This document shows, one piece after another, positions 58,267 to 64,000 of a stretch of DNA of 64,000 nucleotides (position 1 is its first letter; each line of letters opens with the position of its first letter). This stretch comes from Chrysiogenia bacterium (lineage in GTDB: Bacteria; JAGRBM01), in assembly GCA_020434085.1 (NCBI GenBank), contig JAGRBM010000286.1:1246-65245 (forward strand), read 5' to 3'. The notes beneath the pieces were generated by a model. That model was given only the letters and a program-made list of their open reading frames with translations, ran no database searches and was not told where the DNA came from. A program made the position numbers and the translations under genes.

Positions 58267-59106
58267 CTAGCGCTTGAGATAACGTTCGCTGAACGTGTAT
58301 TCCGGGACGCCCACATTTACCTTGATCTCATCGAAAGAAATTTCCGTGACTCCTCCTGTCTGCAAATTTTTCATTCGAAGCGACTTCGCCATCCAGCGAC
58401 CGAGCTTGGGGTCCGCCTCGAAAAGGTCGCTCGCGCCAAACTCTTTCAGAGGGCGCCCTGCAAGGTCGGCGTATTCACCTTTAACGGTCATGTAATTGTC
58501 AGTCCGGATCCACTGGATTTTCTTCCCGTAGCCGGTGTTGCGTTTTACTTCTTCCGACACAGGAGTGGACTCGACCACGTAACAATTGTGCTCGCCACAC
58601 GGCTCGGTCTTCACAAGCGTGTGATTCCAGTCCTCCACCCGCGGGGTGATCACGTCTCCGTAGGAGAAGTCCGATCCCATGAAACTGTCCCGCTTGTTCG
58701 ACGCTACCAGCCTCCGGACCTTTTTGAGGGCTGGAAGGTAAACCCAGATATCGTCGTCTCCTCCCGAGTGTTCCCGGGTCAGGGTCGCCGTGCCGCGCAC
58801 GTCCGGAGGGCTCAGGAATTTCGCCACGCGCTCCTGGTCGATCCCGTTGGGAAGGAGTCTGGAGAAGGACTCGGCTTTGCGCTCGCGCCGGATCCCCCTC
58901 GAATCAATGAGTACCATGGTCATTCTGGACTCGGAATCGGTGAGCTTTCCGACCATGAAGTTCTTCTTCATGATCTCGATGACGTCGGGTGGCCCGGCGC
59001 TTTCGACAGCTTCCTCCCCATGAGCCGGAAGACTCATGGAAACGGCAAACCCAATGCCGAGGACAATCATTACCGTTCTAAAATTATGCATTGCATACCT
59101 CCTCAT
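58267..59106 (-). CDS. LolA-like outer-membrane lipoprotein-sorting family protein
   Basis: Signal peptide; 279 aa; LolA-like fold signature (DIWVYLPALKKVRRL); GGAGG RBS before the ATG at 59106. Confidence 0.55.
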   Translation of the reverse strand: MRRYAMHNFRTVMIVLGIGFAVSMSLPAHGEEAVESAGPPDVIEIMKKNFMVGKLTDSESRMTMVLIDSRGIRRERKAESFSRLLPNGIDQERVAKFLSPPDVRGTATLTREHSGGDDDIWVYLPALKKVRRLVASNKRDSFMGSDFSYGDVITPRVEDWNHTLVKTEPCGEHNCYVVESTPVSEEVKRNTGYGKKIQWIRTDNYMTVKGEYADLAGRPLKEFGASDLFEADPKLGRWMAKSLRMKNLQTGGVTEISFDEIKVNVGVPEYTFSERYLKR

Positions 59107-59124
59107 AGCAGCAAGACCTCCGGT

Positions 59125-61470
59125 TTATTGGTCCTTCTGCGGTTTCAGAAAAAATGCCTTCGGCCGCACGTGTTTGATCAATGCCGGGAGAACCGTGATC
59201 GCTCCCAGGGAACTGATGACCATCGCCAACGCCACCAGAAGGCCCAATTTCCGGTGGAACCCAAACGGTGAGAGCGCCAGGCAGAGATAACCCGCGGTAA
59301 TCGCGCTGGACACAAAAAATACCGCCTTGCCCGAAGTGCGCATGGTGGTGAGCAGAGCTTCGTCGAAATTCTGATTCTTGCGGAGTTCCTCCTTAAGACG
59401 GAAGATAAAATAAAGGGCGTAATCAGCACCGATTCCCACAGCCATGGGCAGGATGGCCGAAGTTCCTATATCCAGATTGGCGCGGAAAAATCCCAGGGCC
59501 GCAAACTCCCCGAATACTGAAAGGATGAGCGGGACGGTTACAAGCAGGCCCGCGACGAGTGAACGCAGGACAAGCGAAGCCAGAACAACCACTATGAGCC
59601 AGATCTGGACGATGTTGCGGATCTTGCCTTCCACCATGACGTGGTTGAGCGCGTCGGCCGAGGCCACCGAGCCGGCGATCTTGACCTCATAGCCGGGCGG
59701 AAAATGCTTGGGGATGTAATCCCGTACTTTTCGAATGATCTCGTCAGCGACTGCCGTGTTGTCCTTCTTCATGAAGGTCTGGATGATCGCCTTATCATAG
59801 GTTTTGGTCACGTACGCATCAAAATCATCCGGTCCCCCGGAGATGGAATACAGAAAAAGGTATTGGGCAATGAGTTCCTGCGAGTCGGGAATTCTCTCGA
59901 ATTCGGGATCATCGGCATTCATCGCTTTGTTCATTTTCTTGAGGAAATCGACGATGGAGAGCGTCTTGCCGACGGCTTCCTGTTCTCCAAGGAGATCCTG
60001 CAGGCCCTCCATGCTCCTGAGAACTTCGGGGTTCTTGAGTTTATCTGGTTCCTTGCCGTCGATGACGAAGAGAAGATTGTTGGTTCCCGCAAACCGGTCA
60101 TTCAGCCAGGTGTCGTCTTGGTAAAACTGGTCCTTGGGGCTGAAATAGGGCTTGAGGCTGTTGTCTATCTTTACCATGGACGTGCCGTAGCCCCATGCGC
60201 CGAGGGCCACCACCGTCGCTCCAATGATGGCTTTGCTGCCGGAACCGCTTACATAGGGTGCAAGCCATTCGAGCGCCCCGTCGAGATATTTTCTTTCGAC
60301 CGACTCGGCCTGCGCCTCCTTTTGCTTCGGTGCGGGCAGCATCGCCCGCAGGGCCGGAATCATCGTCATTTCGATGACCAGGACCGAAAGAATGCCGAAA
60401 CCGGTGAAGAGCCCAAACGTGCGGATGGTCGTGGTCTGGAAGGTCATGAGCGAAAAAAAGGCGAGCGCGGCGATAATGCCCGTGGTCAGCATGACGGTTC
60501 CCACCTTGACGGTAGACTCGATCACCGCCTTGCGATTGTCCTGATAAACGGCATATTCCTCGTAATAGCGCTTGAGTATCTGAACGGCGTGCCCGGCTCC
60601 CACGGCCAGGATCAGAATGGGCGTGGTGGCGTTGAAGGGATCGAGAGCGACGCCCACGATCCCCATCAAGCCAAGTCCCCACACGACCGCCAGCAGGGCC
60701 GTCAACAACGGAAGAAACAACCCCTGGAGAGTGCGGAATGCCTCGAAATGAACAAGCCCGATAACGATGACGGCAATGATAAAATAGATGGCCATTCGTT
60801 CCGAGTATTTCGCCATCCACGATGCGGCCACTGGGAAACCCGAATAATGAATTTCTACCGAGTCATCCAGCTCGCTCTGCACGATTTCTTCAACCACCTT
60901 ATGGATCGAGGGAAAATCAGGCAGCTCCCGATTGAAGCGGAAATCGGCCAGAATCGCGGCCGTCTTCCCGTCCTTGGAATAGATCGAATTGGCAAACAGC
61001 GGATTCCGAAAGAGCTTATCCTTGAGTTCCTGCATCTCCCGTTCGGTAGCCGGCACTGTTTCCATGAACGGAGTCACAATCATCCCGTCTTCGGTCCCCA
61101 GAATATCCTTTGCCCGATTTGCGGAGATGGAAAGAACGTTGGCCCGGATGATTCCGGGAACCAGAAGTAGTTTGTCGGTAATTTGTTGGATTTTCTCAAG
61201 AACAATGGGCTGAAAAATATCGCCCTGCTTCGGTGCGATTCCAATCACTACAATGTTTTTCCCGCCAAAAATATCGTCGATTTCGTTTTGGGCCTGGATG
61301 TACGGGTGGCCCTGGGGAAGATTTTTGTCCGGGTCTACTTCGACATGGAGATTCCCGAGATTTGCACCCAGATAGACCGAAATCACGCCCAATATGACCA
61401 TCACTGCAACGCGATACCGGACAATCGCCTCAACATAGGATCGCAACATTATTGGTGCTCCTTTTTCCAA
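59125..61470 (-). CDS. RND-superfamily MMPL-type exporter
   Basis: 781 aa; two 6-TM bundles with large periplasmic loops; typical MMPL/RND-exporter layout. Confidence 0.85.
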   Translation of the reverse strand: MEKGAPIMLRSYVEAIVRYRVAVMVILGVISVYLGANLGNLHVEVDPDKNLPQGHPYIQAQNEIDDIFGGKNIVVIGIAPKQGDIFQPIVLEKIQQITDKLLLVPGIIRANVLSISANRAKDILGTEDGMIVTPFMETVPATEREMQELKDKLFRNPLFANSIYSKDGKTAAILADFRFNRELPDFPSIHKVVEEIVQSELDDSVEIHYSGFPVAASWMAKYSERMAIYFIIAVIVIGLVHFEAFRTLQGLFLPLLTALLAVVWGLGLMGIVGVALDPFNATTPILILAVGAGHAVQILKRYYEEYAVYQDNRKAVIESTVKVGTVMLTTGIIAALAFFSLMTFQTTTIRTFGLFTGFGILSVLVIEMTMIPALRAMLPAPKQKEAQAESVERKYLDGALEWLAPYVSGSGSKAIIGATVVALGAWGYGTSMVKIDNSLKPYFSPKDQFYQDDTWLNDRFAGTNNLLFVIDGKEPDKLKNPEVLRSMEGLQDLLGEQEAVGKTLSIVDFLKKMNKAMNADDPEFERIPDSQELIAQYLFLYSISGGPDDFDAYVTKTYDKAIIQTFMKKDNTAVADEIIRKVRDYIPKHFPPGYEVKIAGSVASADALNHVMVEGKIRNIVQIWLIVVVLASLVLRSLVAGLLVTVPLILSVFGEFAALGFFRANLDIGTSAILPMAVGIGADYALYFIFRLKEELRKNQNFDEALLTTMRTSGKAVFFVSSAITAGYLCLALSPFGFHRKLGLLVALAMVISSLGAITVLPALIKHVRPKAFFLKPQKDQ

Positions 61471-61485
61471 TTCCGTATTCGCTCA

Positions 61486-62112
61486 TTAGTGATCGGGGAG
61501 TGGGGATCCGCAGAAAAGCCGGAGTGTTGTTTCTACGAGAACATCAACGGGGCGTGGCTCAGGCCGCTGAACCTCCATGGTCAGGAGCGCATTCAGAATC
61601 CCGCTGAGCTTGAGCGCCAACTCTTCACCCGTAGCCCCCACAAACTCGCCCGATGCCAGGCCGCTCTCAAAGGTCTCTACGAGCCCGGTCTGGTAACGAT
61701 GGTACTTCGCCAGTACGCCCCGCCCGAACTGCGCCTGGAGGCGCATTTCAAAGCCGAGAGTCTCATTGACGAAGAGTTTCAGTAGCAGGGGGTTCTCCTC
61801 AAAATAGGAGAGTTGTTCACGGACTGCATTCTCAATCCTTTGCCGGGCCCCGTCCGCCCCCCCCAACGCGGCCTCTACCCGGTCCAGGAGTTCGGCGAGG
61901 TGCTGGTCAAGCATTTCCTGATAAAGCGCTTCCTTGCTTGAGAAATGGAGATAGAGCTTTCCTACGGAAAACTCGGCCGATTGGGCTACGTCCCGCATGG
62001 TGGCCGTGTGGAAGCCCTTTTCAACGAAAACCTGCATGGCGGCATTCAGTATGTCCCTGCGGTGGCGGGCTTCCTCGGCTTCCTGACGCGCTTTGCTGGC
62101 ATAGCGAGGCAT
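61486..62112 (-). CDS. TetR/AcrR-family transcriptional regulator
   Basis: N-terminal HTH RRDILNAAMQVFVEKGFHTATMRDVAQSAEFSVGKLYLHF; 15 nt upstream of the MMPL gene. Confidence 0.85.
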   Translation of the reverse strand: MPRYASKARQEAEEARHRRDILNAAMQVFVEKGFHTATMRDVAQSAEFSVGKLYLHFSSKEALYQEMLDQHLAELLDRVEAALGGADGARQRIENAVREQLSYFEENPLLLKLFVNETLGFEMRLQAQFGRGVLAKYHRYQTGLVETFESGLASGEFVGATGEELALKLSGILNALLTMEVQRPEPRPVDVLVETTLRLFCGSPLPDH

Positions 62113-63087
62113 TCGTCAATATTATGAACATTGATTCATCATGTCAATAGGTATTCATATTAGCGAAACCTTCGGCTAGGATGGAAGGAGCCATAGCCAA
62201 GTTATTGGAGTTACATGCAAATTCCGCTACCGTTCGAATTTCGGTCGATCAGACATATCAATCAAGCAAACCTGAGGGCTCCGCGCAGGAGATGACCGCG
62301 CGTGAAACCTCTTCGCGAGTGAGCTCTCGGACCGCAGCCGGGCGACTTGTCCGGGTTCGCGCTGCTCGAACCGAACCCGAGCCGTTCCGAGCCGACGTTC
62401 GAACCGAATGGGCCGCACGCGGACCGCGCACGAGCGGGCGGAAAATTTTACCAGGCCGCGCGCGTTCCGATCCCGCATTTCCCAGCGCCGCGCCCGAGTG
62501 GCACCCGAAATCCCTCGTGCGGCAAGCGCTCCGCACGCGTACCGGAGGTTCTAGCACTCCAGCGCACCTCGCCGGGCCCCGTCGTGGTGGACGAAATGAG
62601 TTCGGAGGGGGCAAATCCCATTCCGGCAAGGGAACTGTGCAAGCGCGGTTCGCACAATGTTTAGCACGGTGCAAGGCCGAGCATTCCGGTTCGCGACGCA
62701 CATGCGGTGAGAACCCGAACCCGGCATGGCTGGAAGGTGTTACCTATGTTAGGGATCGGACAACAGTCCACCACAGGGCCACCACGGAAGTGCCTAATTT
62801 TATTGAAAGATTAGCGAAGTGGTGGAGATGGTGGAGCTAGACGTGACGCGCCGGCGCGAAATTTAGCGGCAGGGAAGCACGCGCGTACAAACTACCGTTT
62901 TCCACGTGAGCCCACGCAAGGGATATTTTTGTTCACCCCCGCGCGGCGCATTCTTGGGGCATGGCTACCCCGCTCCCAGTGCCGCAGTTCGAATTCTCGC
63001 GCGAAGAGATCGCCGCGCTGGCGGAGGTTTTCGCGCTGCTGCTAGAATGGGACGCGGAGGAGCGGGCGCACAAGCCCGCACAAAGCC

Positions 63088-64000
63088 ATGAACAACCAAT
63101 CCCTGAGTGCGACTGATCTTCCTTCCTGGCTCGGCGCGAGCCGCAGGGCCGTGGGCATCGTCCGCGTCTCTTCCCACAAGCAAGGCGACGGGAATTCCCC
63201 CGATGTGCAACGCGCGGGAATCGAGCGCTACGCCACGAGTCTTGGACTTGATCTGACCGGCATTGAGATCATTGAGGAATCGGCGAAGAGCTCATCAAGC
63301 CGGAAGAAATTCCACGAGGCCATGGCTCGCGCCAGACGAAAGCGCGTCCGGCACCTCGTCTTCTGGGTCTGGGACCGCATCGCCCGAAACTATACCGACG
63401 TCGAGAAGCTTGAGGAACAGGTCCGCGACGATCTCTTCGTCCTGCACGTCGCCAACGAGCGGCGCGTACTTCACGCGCTCAGCACCGATTCCGAGTGGCT
63501 GACAGCCGATGTGAACACGCTCACGAGCAAACACTATTCGAGAGAGCTTCGACGCCGGGCCATCGAGAGCATGGCCGAGAAGGCCCGGGCCGGGTGGTTC
63601 CCCATGAAGGCACCGCTCGGATATCGCAATGCCAAGGCTCGCACCGCCGGAGGCGGGATCAAGGACCGCGGCGGCACCATCGAGACGGTTCCCGAGCAGA
63701 AAGCACTCGTCCGCCGCATGGCGGCGCTACGGATCGATGGCTACAGCCTCGACCGGATTGCGACAAAGGTGCTCGAAGAAGGCCTCGTGCCCCGCTCCCA
63801 TGAACGGGGTTTCAAAGGCCCCGGCGCGGTTTCCAGGGTCGAGAGCATCCTCAAGAATCCCTTTTACCGGGGCGAGTTTCTCTGGCGCGGCGACGTCTAC
63901 GAAGGAAGGCACGAAGCCTTCTTCACCCAGTCCGAATGGGAAGCCCTGCAGGCGACATTCGGGACAATCCCGGCGCATACCAAGCGCACCCGCCATTCCG
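63088..64000 (+). CDS. Large serine recombinase (partial; continues past the window end)
   Basis: Hand translation of frame 1 gives VGIVRVSSHKQ (catalytic Ser), VFWVWDRIARN, GWFPMKAPLGYR, ILKNPFYRGEF, which are resolvase plus recombinase-domain hallmarks; no stop before 64000. Confidence 0.75.
   Translation, partial: MNNQSLSATDLPSWLGASRRAVGIVRVSSHKQGDGNSPDVQRAGIERYATSLGLDLTGIEIIEESAKSSSSRKKFHEAMARARRKRVRHLVFWVWDRIARNYTDVEKLEEQVRDDLFVLHVANERRVLHALSTDSEWLTADVNTLTSKHYSRELRRRAIESMAEKARAGWFPMKAPLGYRNAKARTAGGGIKDRGGTIETVPEQKALVRRMAALRIDGYSLDRIATKVLEEGLVPRSHERGFKGPGAVSRVESILKNPFYRGEFLWRGDVYEGRHEAFFTQSEWEALQATFGTIPAHTKRTRHS

Noticed and set aside
59641-61170. 509-aa plus-strand ORF
   Set aside because: It is antisense to the MMPL exporter and is His/Arg/Gly-rich low-complexity sequence.
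62353-62413. GTTCGAACC-like motifs that superficially resemble a tRNA T-arm
   Set aside because: No acceptor stem, D-arm or anticodon arm can be folded around them. The motif occurs as direct repeats, which is more consistent with recombinase or att-type repeats than with a tRNA.
62181-62840. 219-aa plus-strand ORF in the gap before the recombinase
   Set aside because: It is Arg-rich with no motifs and overlaps an equally unconvincing antisense ORF. The region is better explained as a repeat-rich non-coding segment.

Overview
This is a GC-rich (about 62%) window from a Gram-negative bacterium, judged from its outer-membrane proteins, Lgt, a LolA-like protein and an MMPL/RND exporter. It is almost fully coding, with no rRNA, tRNA or CRISPR array detected by eye. 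Positions 1-19 kb look like ordinary housekeeping and sensory genes: a HI0933-like flavoprotein, a SAM methyltransferase, an OpgC-like acyltransferase, an M14-like peptidase, patatin, a GGDEF cyclase, an MFS transporter, lgt, folE2, NUDIX, an alpha/beta hydrolase, an aldo-keto reductase, an MCP and an OMP. From about 20 kb to 62 kb lies a dense lipid/hydrocarbon oxidation island. It starts with a roughly 1-kb low-GC non-coding gap (18954..19988) and ends next to a large serine recombinase gene (63088 to the window end). The island contains three Baeyer-Villiger/flavin monooxygenases, one of them EthA/AlmA-like. It has six paralogous ferritin-like diiron-carboxylate proteins, each with two DExRH-type motifs. 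It also carries an SDR, a fatty-aldehyde dehydrogenase, two hot-dog thioesterases, two MBL-fold hydrolases and a PF10118 metal hydrolase. There are three acyl-CoA dehydrogenases (two adjacent), an acyl-CoA ligase, an SCP-x-type thiolase with its DUF35 partner, and a frameshifted cytochrome P450. Two UbiB/ABC1 (Coq8-like) kinases sit with a Coq4-like protein. Regulators include a MerR-TPR regulator and a TetR regulator, and the last operon encodes an MMPL exporter, a LolA-like protein and an OMP. The gene content fits a subterminal (ketone to ester) oxidation and beta-oxidation route for long-chain aliphatic or lipid substrates. The repeated diiron proteins are the most unusual part and are candidate unrecognised hydroxylases or desaturases. 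Several intergenic palindromes and a textbook MerR-type 19-bp-spacer promoter are visible. All functional assignments are motif-based inference from the translated ORFs; no database search was run.
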